Shown here one piece after another: positions 1 through 15,217 of a DNA stretch of 64,000 nucleotides. The position numbers were made by a program, and so were the translations under genes. The number at the start of each line of letters is the position of its first letter. Position 1 is the first letter of the stretch. The notes beneath the pieces were generated by a model. It saw nothing but the letters and a program-made list of their open reading frames with translations, was not told the origin of the DNA and did no database searches. The DNA is from Octopus vulgaris (lineage: Eukaryota). The stretch is taken from contig OX597835.1 of the NCBI GenBank assembly GCA_951406725.2, forward strand, positions 7,068,001 through 7,132,000. Reading direction: 5' to 3'.

Positions 1-510
1 AATGGCAGATGTTCGAATATTCTATTCTACTGTAAGCACAATGCCCGAAAGTTTTGGGGAGGTGGCCAGTCGATTGGACCGACCCCAGTACGCAACTGGT
101 AATTAATATATTGACCCCGAAATGACGAATGGTAAAGTCGACCTCGGAGGATTTCAACTCAGAACGTAATGGCAGACGTTCGAATATTCTTTTCTACTGT
201 AGACACAAAGCCCGAAAGTTTCGGGGAGGTGGCCAGTCGATTGGACCGACCCCAGTACGCAACTGGTAATTAATATATCGACACCGAAATGACGAATGGT
301 AAAGTCGACCTCGGCGGATTTGAACTCAGAACGTAATGGCAGATGTTCGAATATTAATATATTGACAAGAGCAAGGCGGTGAGCTGATAGAACTCTTAAA
401 ATGCCGGGCAAATAGCCCTGCGGCATTGCGTCCGTTGTTACCCTTCTCTCGAGATCGATAAAATATGTATTAGTTGAACACTGGGGGGCAGATGTGATCG
501 ACTTACTCCT
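1..510 (-). mobile_element. SINE family B (Nin/Deu-like core) fragments, partly tandem-duplicated with ~167-bp period
   Basis: Units start at about 1, 168 and 335 (aatggcagaYgttcgaatatt) and contain gaccccgaaatgacgaatggtaaagtcgacctcgg...gaactcagaacgt, shared with dispersed copies. Confidence 0.75.
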
Positions 511-519
511 AACATTACT

Positions 520-935
520 CTTTCTCTCTTTTACTCTTTTACTTGCTTCAGTCATTTGACTGCGGCCATGCTGGAGCACCGCCTTTAATCGAGCAACTCG
601 ACCCCGGGACTTATTCTTTTTGTAAGCCCAGTACTTATTCTATCGTTCTCTTTTTGCCGAACCGCTAAGTGACGGGGACCTAAGCACACCAGCATCGGTT
701 GTCAAGCAATGCTAGGGGAACAAACACAGACACACAAACACACACACATACATATATATATATACATATATACGACAGGCTTCTTTCAGTTTCCGTCTAC
801 CAAATCCACTCACAAGGCTTTGGTCGGCCCGGGGCTATAACAGAAGACACTTGCCCAAGATGCCACGCAGTGGGACTGAACCCGGAACCATGTGGCTGGT
901 TAGCAAGCTACTTACCACACAGCCACTCCTACTCC
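520..935 (-). mobile_element. SINE family A, near full length (tRNA-like head, internal TA/TG microsatellite, gtaaaaga tail)
   Basis: Reverse complement matches the + copies at 12088-12517 and 30805-31210. Confidence 0.85.
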
Positions 936-1455
936 TAACATTGTGTCAAAATTTGAAACCAATTTATTGAAAAAGACGGCACGTAGGCAGCACATTTTGT
1001 GTTCAAATAACGTCGAGGTGACCATTGTTATTCGTCTTTCAGCATTGATAAATCAAAGTACCTGTCATATAATGGTGTCGATCAATATAAAATTATTTGA
1101 CATTGTACCAAATTTGAAGCAATTGATTGAATGAGAAATGCGGCGAGCGGGTGGACTAGTTAGCGAATCAAGCACTATGACTGGCGGCTTTCTTACGGCT
1201 CTTAACACCCCGAGTTCAAATTCCGCTGGGTCAACTTTAACCTTCATCCTTTCGGAAGATGCCAGTTGAGCGCTGGAGGCGATGCAATCGATTTCCTCAC
1301 TCCCCACAAAATTGCTGGCCTCGAACTAAAATTAGAATGCAAGTTATATTTGTGGTCAAATATGTTTACCGAAGGAAGAAATATATTTTGTTAACGTTAT
1401 TTATTTTTTCATAATATTATCTCAACGGGCAGATGGTTGTGATACACAAACACTT

Positions 1456-1582
<127 letters not shown>

Positions 1583-1907
1583 CGTTGCATTCAATCATCC
1601 ATACACACACATATATGTACGTATGTATCAAAATACGATATTGGAATTTTCGTTTTGTTGCTTATTATTTATTCCCCATAATACATGTTTATTTGTAGAA
1701 TATACATATGAGAATCTACTGGAAATTCAACAGAGAATCAATCTTCCAGTTTCATTCGTAATAACTCTACAAGCACCATTTTCCAGTATTTTCCAACTCC
1801 TACACACGCCTCATGCAAAATATATAACATTTACGTATAATTTGATGGTACTGGAATATGCAGATATTCTTCATGAGGATACAACTTCGATAATAACCCT
1901 ATCTACA

Positions 1908-1950
<43 letters not shown>

Positions 1951-2214
1951 ACGTGACATTATATCACATGTACAGCCACGATTTTAATTCAGTATTTATC
2001 TCAGCCGTCCGGCGAACGGGAACGTGAGACTCTGGGTAACAGTCTGTGATAATTTTGCAGCTTTAATAGAAACGTTATTACTCTAGCTTTGGTATTTGAG
2101 CACTATTTTCTCCACCTTGTTTTGCAATTATGTGCACATCTGTATCTTATACCATATATACATACATACATGCATGAATACATAAAAACATACATATATA
2201 CATACACACACACG

Positions 2215-2249
<35 letters not shown>

Positions 2250-2583
2250 TTTACTTGCTTTAGTCATTTGATTGCAGATTTGGTGGCTCACCACCTTGAA
2301 GCGATTTTTTAAAGTACTTATTATATCGGTATCCCTTGCCAAACCGCCAGGTTACCGAAACGAAAACAAGACCAGAATCGGTTGTCAAGCAGTGATGAGT
2401 GAACAAACACAGACACACAGACACACACAGAAGTATAAACATGCACAAAAGTCGTGATTCTTCCAGTTTCCGTTTGCTGAAACCACTCAAATTACAATAG
2501 TCGGCATGAGACTATTGTAGAATATACTTGCCCAAGGTGCCACGTAGAATGAATCCAGAAACATGCAGCAGGGAAGTAACCTT

Positions 2584-2640
<57 letters not shown>

Positions 2641-2644
<4 letters not shown>

Positions 2645-3063
2645 AAGTCATCCAAGACTTGGACCACGGGATATACGTCCCCTGCCCAATTCAAGATCAC
2701 AACATACATGTACACTGCAACATAATTTCTTTTCCTCAACAGGCCCTGCCCTATTTAACATTGTCCTGAGGGAGACCAAAGAGGAAAAGGATCCCATCAA
2801 CTTTAAACAGGGTCTGGATAGATTCCTTCAAAGAATACCAGATAAGCCACCCATAATTGGATACAACTCACCCAACAAGAACTCACTACTTGAACAAAAC
2901 TGGATACAACTCACCCAACAAGAACTCACTACTTGAACAAAACTTGACTTAAACAAAACTTGACTTAAACAGGATTCGAATAATCCTATCAGGTGGTGCT
3001 ATTAACTTAGACATGGCCTGGACCAATCTTTGGTCGAAACATATCTAAGTTTATCTAAGTTTA
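2641..3063 (+). mobile_element. CR1-like LINE 3' end (ORF2 C-terminus plus short-repeat tail)
   Basis: Reads HPRLGPR...HNFFSSTGPALFNIVLRE...FKQGLDRFLQRIPDKP..GY...NSL; ends in (tctaagttta)x2; internal 43-bp tandem duplication at 2858/2901. Confidence 0.7.
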
Positions 3064-3070
3064 TATATAT

Positions 3071-3122
<52 letters not shown>

Positions 3123-3519
3123 TCCTTTAGAGAGGTATCTATGTAAAAAATGGACCCACGTTTCGGTCTTCCCATTATAACGAAGGAAGCTTATATTACT
3201 GTAATGTTTATATAATCCTCTACAGGATGTATATCCTTCAGTATTTTCACACTCTATCTGCCAAATATGAGCATTAAAACCATTACGTAATTTCCTGCCT
3301 CCAGAAACAGATGTAGGACATAAAATATCACTCCTTCTCCCTTTAGTTTTCGGTATTTTTTGTACTCCATGTAAATTTGTTTTGTGAATTTATAAATATC
3401 TATACTCCTATACATTTTCAGTTTTGTCTATCTGTAAATACATCGCTATATATAATTACATGTCTATATGTATCTACATATGTATACACATGTAGTGTGC
3501 ATGCGTGTGTGAGAGAGAG

Positions 3520-3550
<31 letters not shown>

Positions 3551-3651
3551 CTGAAAGAGAGAGAGAGAGACTGAAAGAGAGAGAGAGACTGAAAGAGAGA
3601 GAGAGACTGAAAGAGAGAGAGATGAGATTATAGAAATCTGAACTGGCTTAC

Positions 3652-3809
3652 CGGAAGTGATTTTCGCGGATCAATTATAAAAGATCCAACTGGATCCATA
3701 GAGAAATTGGCTTCTCTGTTTGGAGAATAATCCTCTTTCCAAGCCAGCAACGAATAATTGCCTAAGGCGTCTCCATTATTGTCAATAAGGCATTGGAATC
3801 CCTGGATAC
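3652..3809 (-). CDS. Receptor guanylyl cyclase exon E
   Basis: Acceptor ttttgcag|GT ATC; donor CCG|GTAAGC; 158 nt, phase 1 to 0. Encodes SIQGFQCLIDNNGDALGNYSLLAW...MDPVGSF..., matching the conserved 'IDxNGDAxGNY' motif. The five exons total 921 nt with no stops. Confidence 0.92.
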
Positions 3810-3858
3810 CTGCAAAACGTTGGAAAAGAGAGAGAGAAGATACATAGACTGTCATTAT

Positions 3859-3911
<53 letters not shown>

Positions 3912-4229
3912 ACCTCCCTTACTCATAAACTTTTTTTACTCAGGGACTAGTAGACCAGACACCGTTCAGTAATCGGTGTGCATTGAAAGCAATGATTGGT
4001 AATTTTACGAAACCGGTATGCTTTTAAATCTCTTTAACAATTCACAATTCCTACCACAGTTCATCTAATTGTATATATATATATCGTTACTTTTCATAAA
4101 AAGCCTTTACTTTTTTTGATTTTCAACGTGCATTTTCACTTATATTTCTTCTTACAGTCCCCTTACATTTCCACGTGTATTTTCTATTTTCTGTTTGCAA
4201 CATATTTCTATTATATATGTATATATATA

Positions 4230-4388
<159 letters not shown>

Positions 4389-4874
4389 CATATATATATA
4401 TATGTATATCTATATCTATCTATCTATCTATCAATCAATCTATATCAATATATATATATGTATATATGTATATATGTATATATATATATATATATATATA
4501 CAGATATATTTTGTTTATATCTATTGTGACGAATACGATTTAGAATTTTTTTTTTACAACTCTGACACCACAAGTCGGATGAAATTACTTTTGAATGTTT
4601 GTTGAAGACAATTAAATATGGCAACATTTTAAAATATTTATTGCCAATTAGAAATCAGAAAAGCTCCCAGAATATAAAGCAAAACAAATTGAAACGAAAT
4701 CAGTGTGGACAAATCAGAAGTTCTAAATTTATTACAGATTCAGGTTGTTCACCTGTTATCCGTAATATTCACGATAGTAATAAAAGGATGATGATGATTA
4801 TGATACAGGTAAGAATGATAAAAACACTACTACTACAAACTACTAATACAAACTACTACTACAAACTACTACTC

Positions 4875-4946
<72 letters not shown>

Positions 4947-5169
4947 ACTACAGCTACTACTTACTACTGATAACTACTACTACTACAAACTACAACATCA
5001 ACAACGACTACTACTACCACCACCACCACCACTACTACTACTACTACTACTGCTGCTGCTGCTACTGCTGCTGCTACAAACGACTACTACAAACTATTAC
5101 TACTATTACTACTACTACTACTACTACTACAAACTACAACAACAACTACTACCACCACCACTACTACAA

Positions 5170-5203
<34 letters not shown>

Positions 5204-5254
5204 TTGCTACTACTGCTGCTGCTGCTACTGCTGCTACTAGTAACAATAATAATC

Positions 5255-5555
5255 TTTCCTACAATAGGCACAACGAATGAAATTCTAAAGGAGGAGTTAA
5301 ATCGATTACATCGACCCCAGTTCTCAACTGATGCTTATTTCATCGACCCCCGAAAGGATGGAAAAGGCAAAGGTGAACTCGGTGAAATATGAACTCAGGA
5401 CGTAAAGAAGGACTAAATGTTGTTAAGCATTTCACCCAGCTTGCTAACGATTCTCTTCTACCAGCTCGCGACCTTAAATTATAATAATAATAATGATAAT
5501 GATGATGATAATGATGAGGATGATGATAATAGTAATAATAATGATGATGATGATA

Positions 5556-5587
<32 letters not shown>

Positions 5588-5672
5588 AATAGTGATCATG
5601 ATGATAATAATAATAATAATAATGACGATGATGATGATGATGATGATGATGATGATAATAATAATAATAATG

Positions 5673-5704
<32 letters not shown>

Positions 5705-6370
5705 GAAGATAATGATGATGATGATGATGATGATGATGATAATCATAGTCCTTTCTGTTATAGGCACAAGGCTTGAAATTTGGTTGAGGGGAGGGGGCTA
5801 GTCGATTACGTCGACCCCAGTGTTTCAGTGGTACTTAATTTATCGACTCCGAAACGATGAAAGGCAAATTCGACCTCAGCGAAATTTGAGCTTGGAACGT
5901 GAGACAGCGAAATACCTATTTCTTTACTACCCACAAGGGGCTAAACACAGATATCACAAACAAGGACCGACAAACGGATTAAGTCGATTATATCGACATC
6001 AGTGCGTAACTGGTACTTAATTCATCGACCCCGAAAGGATGAAAGCCAAAGTCGACCTCGGCGGAATTTGAACTCAGAACGTAACGGCAGACGAAATACC
6101 GCTAAGCATGATGCCTGGCGTGTTAACGTTTCTGCCAGCTTGCCGCCTTAATAATAATAATGATGGTAATAATGATAATCCTTTCTACTATAGACAGAGG
6201 GCCCGAAATTTTGGGGGAAGGGGCAAGTTGATTACTTCGACCCTAGTATGCAACTGGTACTTAATTTATCGACTCTGAAAGTATGAAAGGCACAGACGAC
6301 CTCGGCATAATTTGAACTTAGAACGTAAAGATTGATGAAACGCCAGTAAACATCTTACCCAGTTTGGTCA
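5255..6370 (-). mobile_element. Cluster of nested SINE family B copies separated by AAT/GAT microsatellites
   Basis: Repeated core atcgaccccgaaaggatgaaaggcaaagtcgacctcggcggaatttgaactcagaacgt at about 5340, 5840, 6025 and 6270. Confidence 0.8.
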
Positions 6371-6601
6371 CGATAATCTTTTGATTATTGTCCACTGGGG
6401 ATGAACACAAAGAAGAAAAGGGACAATACAAACAAGGGTCAATTTGGACTTAGCACAAAAATTCGTGAATACTCCAAAACAATAACAGTTAACAACAAAA
6501 ACTTAACAATTCACTAAAAGAGAGAGTGATTCCCACCCTGGGACAACTAAAGGAACTCCACACATCCTCGTCACACCGACCTCCAAGCGCACCTCAGGGC
6601 T

Positions 6602-6640
<39 letters not shown>

Positions 6641-6952
6641 CACCGTGATCACCGTGACCGACCAGGTTATCAGATGTTGTTACACGTCGCTGGTCACAAT
6701 GCGCTTCGCATTGTTTTAGCCTTCAAATTACGTCACCCTATTGACTAAGCGACCAGGCCAACAGAAGAAAGAGTGAGAGAAAGTTGCGGCGAAAGAGTAC
6801 AGCAGGGGTCGCCACCCCATCCCATGGCGGAGCCTCGTGGAGCTTTCAGGTGTTTTCGCTCAATAAACACACACAAAGTCCGGTCTGGGAATCGAAACCG
6901 CGATCCTACAACCGCGAGTCCGCTGCCCTAACCACTGGGCCATTGCGCCTCC
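6641..6952 (-). mobile_element. SINE family C (tRNA-derived head), tail variant 1
   Basis: Head GGAGGCGCAATGGCCCAGTGGTTAGGGCAGCGGACTC...GGTTTCGATTCCC has Pol III A- and B-box-like motifs and is shared with 50052-50435. Confidence 0.8.
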
Positions 6953-7563
6953 AATATATATATATATATATATATATATTGATTGATTGATTCTAGTTTC
7001 AGCTCACGAGCTGTGGCCATGCTGGGGCACAGTCATTTTATATATATATATTTGTGTGAATATGTATAGAATAATATATCAGTTGAACAAAGTTAAAGCA
7101 GCCTGGGTTTCACGTATTTTATTTGGGCATTTTAACAGAATTAACGCTCTCATAGTAGTCTACTCATCAGATTTCTAATATGTATGCGTGTGTGTATTAG
7201 TGTGTGTGTGTGTGTGTATTAGTGTGTATGCGTGTGTGTATGTGCATGTGTGCGTGCTTAGGAAGACATGCGAGATACACATATTCATACACGACCGATG
7301 AAGAAAATGGCATTGAGTAAGAAAGCCAGAATCTCCATAATAGCATTTGTTTGTTATGCTAATGTCAGCGACAGAATGTAAGAAAGTGCACCGTTTCCGG
7401 ATGGTGTAATGTTGATGAATGCGAGAACAAAATAAAATAAAAACAGCGGAAGATGAACAAAATAAAGTTAATAGGCCTTTTGGGATTAGGCTGGGTTTTA
7501 TCAACAGAACAAAAAAACAAGGCAGAACAAAAAAACAAAAAAAAAAAAGAACTGGAATCTTAC

Positions 7564-7699
7564 TTTGGAAGCGTTTGTTGCGAATTCTGTTAATGACGTC
7601 GGTACCATTCCGTATATTGAGGTTCTCAAGCAACATGTTGTGAATGCATTCTGCATATAAATACACGGCATCGTAGAGATGTGCAGCAAATAAGGGTAC
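7564..7699 (-). CDS. Receptor guanylyl cyclase exon D
   Basis: Acceptor ttcttttgcag|GTA CCC; donor CAA A|GTAAGA; 136 nt, phase 0 to 1. Encodes VPLFAAHLYDAVYLYAECIHNMLLENLNIRNGTDVINRIRNKRFQ; 'AxLYDAVxLYA...NGT' is a hallmark of NPR/GC extracellular domains. Confidence 0.92.
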
Positions 7700-7739
7700 C
7701 TGCAAAAGAAGAATAAAATTAAGTGCCTTGCTATTATCA

Positions 7740-7815
<76 letters not shown>

Positions 7816-7828
7816 CATTATTATTATT

Positions 7829-8513
<685 letters not shown>

Positions 8514-9129
8514 CTGACCCCGTACCGTCAAAAATGACAGCTAATTGTAGTATTTTATATGTAAATTAGTTTTCAGTTTAATAATTCTTTTATGACCAAA
8601 TTTTTTGTGAAAAAAAAAAATCTATCCGCAATTAACATCCATTGACTGCTTGTTTCCTACTAAAAGAATTTTAAAGTTTTCCTTCCTTCTTGTACGACTT
8701 TAGGCCACATAAAGCTGGCCGTGACTAAATACAGGAACTGGCGAAGCGATGTTTCCCTTCCCTTGCGCTCTCCGTTACTGAAACCAACCTAAACTCATAC
8801 GACTTAAAGCCAGAAAAAGCAATTCGTGACTTATAGTTGATATTGTAAAAATTTCCTATTCAAAATTTATTTCATAAACTTCTAAATATGAATAAATTAG
8901 GCACAAGTATGAACTGCTAAATGTGTATTTTTAATTACTTTTCAACTGCAGTCGTTTTATATTCTTCATACACTCAGGCAAAAATTATTTTCGCTGATGA
9001 GTTTGTCTGCGTATATGTTTGTGTAGATGTGTGCGAATGTAATAATTATTTGTAACCCAACAGATAGAATATGAACGGTAAATCAAATCAATACACTTGT
9101 CAATGTTATCTAGTGGTTGTGTTTTGAGA

Positions 9130-9560
9130 TGTGACATCGATCACCGTGAATTACTGAAAGGAAGCTGGTTAGTTCATGTAAAGCTACTAAAAGAACACTG
9201 GGCAAAACATTCTTATAAATAAAGGACCCGTATAAACTGTTAAATTAAGATGTGCACTACGATCCCTATTGATCGTTTTTTTCCTCTTCCCCTTTTTTTC
9301 CCCTTTTTTCTTCTTTTTTCATTTCTCTTTTCTTTTGTTCCTTTTCCTTTTCTTTTTCTTTTTTTTTCTTTTTTTCTTTTTTATTTTCTTTCTTTTTTTT
9401 GTTCTTTTCTTCCCTTTTACGATCCCTCTTGATCGAAAACCTACGCCACCCCTTTTTTTGTTTCTTTTGTTTTTTTGTTTTTTTCATCCCCCAAAAGAAA
9501 AGCTCGACCTTGTAACTTGTCCCATCTGTGTGCAGCCCTGTGTGGCCAATAAAGAAACTT
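9130..9560 (+). mobile_element. Putative Tx1/L1-like LINE 3' end (T-rich UTR, AATAAA tail)
   Basis: Pyrimidine-rich UTR ending ttgtcccatctgtgtgcagccctgtgtggccaataaagaaa; a related tail is on the minus strand at about 6375-6440. Confidence 0.45.
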
Positions 9561-10132
9561 ATAATATACCTTTCAACTGCAGTCGTTTCATATCCTTGAT
9601 ACACTCAGGCAACAATTATTTTCGCTATTGAGTTTGTATAAGTATATGTTTGTGAGGGTGTGTTTGATTGTAAAAATTATTTGTAACCCAACAGATAGAA
9701 TATGGGTGGTACATCAAAATTAATACACTTGTCAATGTTATCTAGTGGTTGTCATCGTTTATTACCCAAAGGATGCTAGCTCACATGTACAAACGTTCAC
9801 ATGCTTCCCTTGTACACGCACGCACATGCACACATATACTCACACAGATGTGAAACGCTGGCTTTTCTTTTTACCTCTCCCTTCCCTATTCAACTATCAC
9901 CCCTTCCTTTCTCATTCATATGTTGTGACGTATAAAAACACAACATATAGTAGAAGAAACACAACGCTCTCTTTGCCCCTTCCTCTCCCTCATTGCAATT
10001 ATTTTCTCTCACTCCGTCTCAGTCATGGCTATAACTCTCACTACTTTTCCTTCACCGAATTACTATTTTCTCTCCCCTCCCTTCACTTTTACTACTCTTT
10101 TTTTCGTACTCCCTCCTACTCCATGATTTTGG

Positions 10133-10195
<63 letters not shown>

Positions 10196-10288
10196 CAACA
10201 ATTGAGGGTAAAATTAATTAATTATTAATCAATTTCACCAAGTGTTCAGTATGCAAAGGGACCATTTAAGGCGAATTCAAATTATTAC

Positions 10289-10499
10289 AATATATAAAAG
10301 GGCTTAGTAAAATAAATTACTTTGCCGCATACTGAACTCATTAGAAATAGCAGCTAAAAAACTTTTTTAAAAAACCATTTCTAATACTTAAAGAAAATCT
10401 CTCTCATATAGTGCTTGCTCAACTCAACTCACGAAAGTTTAGCTGCTATTTCTAATGAGTTCAGTATGCGGCAAAGTAATTTATTTTACTAAGCCCTTT

Positions 10500-10507
<8 letters not shown>
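10289..10507. repeat. Perfect 70-bp inverted repeat with 79-bp spacer
   Basis: 10289-10358 is the exact reverse complement of 10438-10507; the element is flanked by (TA)n. Confidence 0.9.
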
Positions 10508-10556
<49 letters not shown>

Positions 10557-11444
10557 CACACATATATATATATACATGTAAAGTAAAATATACGCAATAA
10601 ATATAAATATGTATATAAAAGTAACAATATACATACACACACATATATATAAAATTTATGTGTTATATGTGTGTGTGTATTATGTATATGTGCTTGGGTG
10701 CATGTATAAACATTTTCCTTCCTCGGTATGAGATTGTATTAATTTAATCACAAGAAGATTTGGGGAACATCTGCTTACAGGTGGGAAAGGTAAAAACATT
10801 AATATTAACAGTGATAGATGTTGCTTTTAATGTTTAAACCGCAGTCGTCTCATACATTTTCGTCTCAACGCAATATGAATTACTTGCAAACCAAATAATT
10901 GTGATATATTGCTTTAAACATGCTACGACCATGGAGTTTACTGTGCCTAGATGCAGGTTGCCGTCTTGCTTTGTATAAATATATACGTGGAAATATGAGC
11001 GTATATATATATATATATAAATATAAATATATACACGTGAGAGAAGGTGACGTAAAGGAGAGACGTACAGACATGAGTAGTTAAGGAAGCGCTATTCTTA
11101 CATTTGGTGATTCCTCTCATTCTTCCGATTCTGAGTTCAAATCCTGACTATTTCTCACAACAGAATTGAGGAAAAAATGACAGAGGAAAAGATGAGTCGA
11201 CTCCAGTATATAACTGGTATTGTCAACTTCTTCCAGAAGTGGATAGCCATTGGCGTGTGAACATTCTGGGACAGACCCTTGATTAATATTAATATTATTT
11301 ATCGACCCCAGTATTGTTGTGGTTACAGCGTAGATTTAACTGACAGGAAAGTAAACATGCCACCACCTGTTGTCAAGTGGTGTGTGGTGGGGCGCAAACA
11401 CCCATATATATATAAAATATACAAACACACGCACACACATGCAA

Positions 11445-11475
<31 letters not shown>

Positions 11476-11719
11476 AACTGTGCGTATGTATAAGGATGGA
11501 GGACATTATTTCCTCTAACTCCTATTTCATTTGATACTAAAAGTTTGTCAGTGTTAAAGAGTTATTAGCGTTACAAATTGAATCACTGACATTTATAGAT
11601 CGATTATGTATTGAACGTGCTTAATTGATTTATTTCACAGGTATATTGTTTCGTTCAAACGTATCCCGCAGAGAAAATACAGTTTAATGAAAGAAAGGGA
11701 CGGTGTAGGAAATTGAGGT

Positions 11720-12028
11720 TTAACGGCACTTGTATCTCTCTGGAAGTGAAATATCTGTTACACACAAAAGCGATATATAAATATATATAGGCGCAGGAGT
11801 GGCTGTGTGGTAAGTAGCTTGCTAACCAACCACATGGTTTCAGGTTCAGTCCCACTGCGTAGCATCTTGGGCAAGTGTCTTCCGCTATAGCCCCGGGCCG
11901 ACCAATGCCTTGTGAGTGGATTTGGTAGACGGAAACTGAAAGAAGCCTGTCATATATATGTATGTATATATGTGTGTTTAACGGCACTTGTATCTCTCTG
12001 GAAGTGAAATATCTGTTACACACAAAAG

Positions 12029-12089
<61 letters not shown>

Positions 12090-12258
12090 CGCAGGAGTGG
12101 CTATGTGGTAAGTAGCTTGCTTACCAACCACATGGTTCCAGGTTCAGTCCCACTGCGTGGCATCTTGGGCAAGTGTCTTCTGCTATAGCCCCGGGCCGAC
12201 CAATGCCTTGTGAGTGGATTTGGTAGACGGAAACTGAAAGAAGCCTGTCGTATATATG

Positions 12259-12310
<52 letters not shown>

Positions 12311-12515
12311 TGTGTCTGTGTTTGTCCCCCAAGCATTGCTTGACAACCGATGCTGGTGTGTTTACGTCCCCGTCACTTAGCGGTCCGGCAAAAGAGACCG
12401 ATAGAATAAGTTATGAGCTTACAAAGAATAAGTCCCGGGGTCGATTTGCTCGACTAAAGGCGGTGCTCCAGTATGGCCGCAGTCAAATGACTGAAGCAAG
12501 TAAAAGAGTAAAGAG

Positions 12516-12517
<2 letters not shown>
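11720..12517 (+). mobile_element. SINE family A with tandem duplication of its 5' half plus unique flank
   Basis: ttaacggcacttgtatctctctggaagtgaaatatctgttacacacaaaagcg plus the SINE head occurs at about 11720 and again at about 11978. Confidence 0.85.
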
Positions 12518-12586
<69 letters not shown>

Positions 12587-12599
12587 TACATACATACAT

Positions 12600-13077
<478 letters not shown>

Positions 13078-13134
13078 TATATATATATATATATATATAT
13101 TTCTATATATATACTTATGTACACACACACATAT

Positions 13135-13470
13135 ATACAAGGTTTGATCAATAAATATCCGAACTGTTGCCATAATAACGAAACTAAAACACTAAGCGTA
13201 AAGCCGCTTGGTAAATATTGACCTGTAACTCCGCTGTGCATGCGCACTTAATTTTAAGGTTCTAATTCACTTTCCCTGTTTATAGTAGTGCTTGGAAGAA
13301 ACGTGTGTAACATGTGAACGTCGCATTCAGCATCACAGAGGAAGTTGCCATGGCGATACCCTCTCAGTGACCTTTCTGCATACTTGCAGAAAATGTATGA
13401 GCCTTTTCCAAGATGGCCGAAAAAATGTCGATATTGACCAACGTTCTAGAAGACCCACAACCTATAGTGG
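13135..13470 (+). mobile_element. Mariner-like transposon 5' fragment
   Basis: TA followed by TIR-like caaggtttgatcaataaatatccgaact; LFQDGRKNVDIDQRSRRP resembles the mariner HTH-linker 'FxxGRxxVEDxxRSGRP'. Confidence 0.6.
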
Positions 13471-13478
13471 AAAGTATT

Positions 13479-13512
<34 letters not shown>

Positions 13513-13513
13513 A

Positions 13514-13615
<102 letters not shown>

Positions 13616-13629
13616 CATTATTATTATTT

Positions 13630-13870
13630 TGGTTTGGCTCAGGTTTGGTATTATTCCTTGTAGGATTTATGAGGTTAGAGCTTACTATCCATAAGCTTTC
13701 AGCAGTGTTCAAGTGCTCAGCAGCCTCCTGATAATCCTTGCTGTACCGAAGAGACAAACTTGTTTGTAGGAACCCTACTGAACACTCTGTTCCAATCCCC
13801 TGCAGCAATTTGTCTATATCTTTACTTACTGTTCCCAACGCACCAATTATTATTGGCACGACCTTTACTG

Positions 13871-13872
<2 letters not shown>
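13630..13872 (-). mobile_element. R4/Dong-like RLE-LINE 3' end inside (TAA)n
   Basis: IPVKVVPIIIGALGTVSKDIDKLLQGIG...LQTSL matches the RLE C-terminal 'VVPxIxGALG' motif; TAA repeats on both sides. Confidence 0.75.
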
Positions 13873-13958
<86 letters not shown>

Positions 13959-13967
13959 CATTATTAA

Positions 13968-14016
<49 letters not shown>

Positions 14017-14044
14017 ATTATCATCATTATTATTATTATTATTA

Positions 14045-14090
<46 letters not shown>

Positions 14091-14126
14091 TACTACTACT
14101 ACTACTGCTACTACTACTACTACTAC

Positions 14127-14157
<31 letters not shown>

Positions 14158-14649
14158 ACTACTACTACTACTACTACTACTACTGCTACTAACGTATGGA
14201 AGAATACATATCACTGAATGGCAATATATTACGTTTCCCTGCATAGAATGAACTACTACAGTAATAAAAGACTGCCATAATTGATGAACAAAACTGACAG
14301 CAGAGAAAGAAATACAGGAATGGTAAATTAGGAAATTCCCAAAGGGTGAGACCCATGCAAAATTCAGCACGAATTAGTTCATCAAGGCCATTAATCTTAA
14401 TCTTAATCTAATGATTCTTACTTATACAGGATCAAACAGTAGACTATTCTTGATGGCTCTGTAGAATTTTCCAAAGACAAATGGCTTCTATCACAAGACA
14501 TTGAAATAAAACATGGTTAACTTAACCAGGGAGATTCCAGAAATTTTATTATGTAAATAGTTCAGTGATGGTGGCCTGATATAAACTACGAGCCTCACCT
14601 CAATTAACCCCCTACCCCCCATAAATAGCCCAATAACTTTTAACGTTAA

Positions 14650-15200
14650 GCCATTTCCGATAGACATTGTTTTATAACTTTTATAGGTGAAGGCATGGAT
14701 GTAGAGTAAGAAGCGGCTAGACGCAGTTCAAAACCAAAAAGAAAATAATTCACTAACATTAAACTGTGATGACACCCCTGAAGGGGCTCGCAATTTTGTA
14801 AGTCCCTTTGAGGGCGAAGAGATATTGTTTCTTCCCACGTATTGTGAGAAGAAGTTGACGAGGGCTTGGGTCTGCGGTTTGCCATCCGAGATAAAACCCG
14901 AGTGGATAGGAGACACTATCCGCCGGTGTCTGGATGGCAGCGGAGCCAAGCTCCTCAATGTCAATGCGGCTGATTGGGTGGAGGTCAAAAGCGATTTTGA
15001 TCCTGTGAACCCAATCAGCCAAGAATGTGGTGTTTCCAGATTTTCTTAAAATGGCCAGCTGTAGGTATCCGGTGATTCTTGAGAGACGCACCCCCACAAG
15101 CTTCCGGTTAAGGCACCCTGATCTGACACTATCGGAGTGCTTGAGTGACACTTTGAGCCTGGTCGGGTGCCGGCGGGAAGGAAAATTTCAAAATTAAGAG
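14650..15200 (+). pseudogene. Decayed Tx1/L1-like ORF1 (gag-like) fragment
   Basis: LFLPTYCEKKLTRAWVCGLPSEIKPEWI followed by YPVILERRTPTSFRLRHP...SEC, a degenerate zinc-knuckle context. Confidence 0.45.
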
Positions 15201-15217
15201 GCTGAGTGACTCATACC

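Noticed and set aside
8985-9045. CTGATGA...GAATGTA as a hammerhead
   Set aside because: No stem I, incomplete GAAA, and the sister copy at about 9625 reads CTATTGA.
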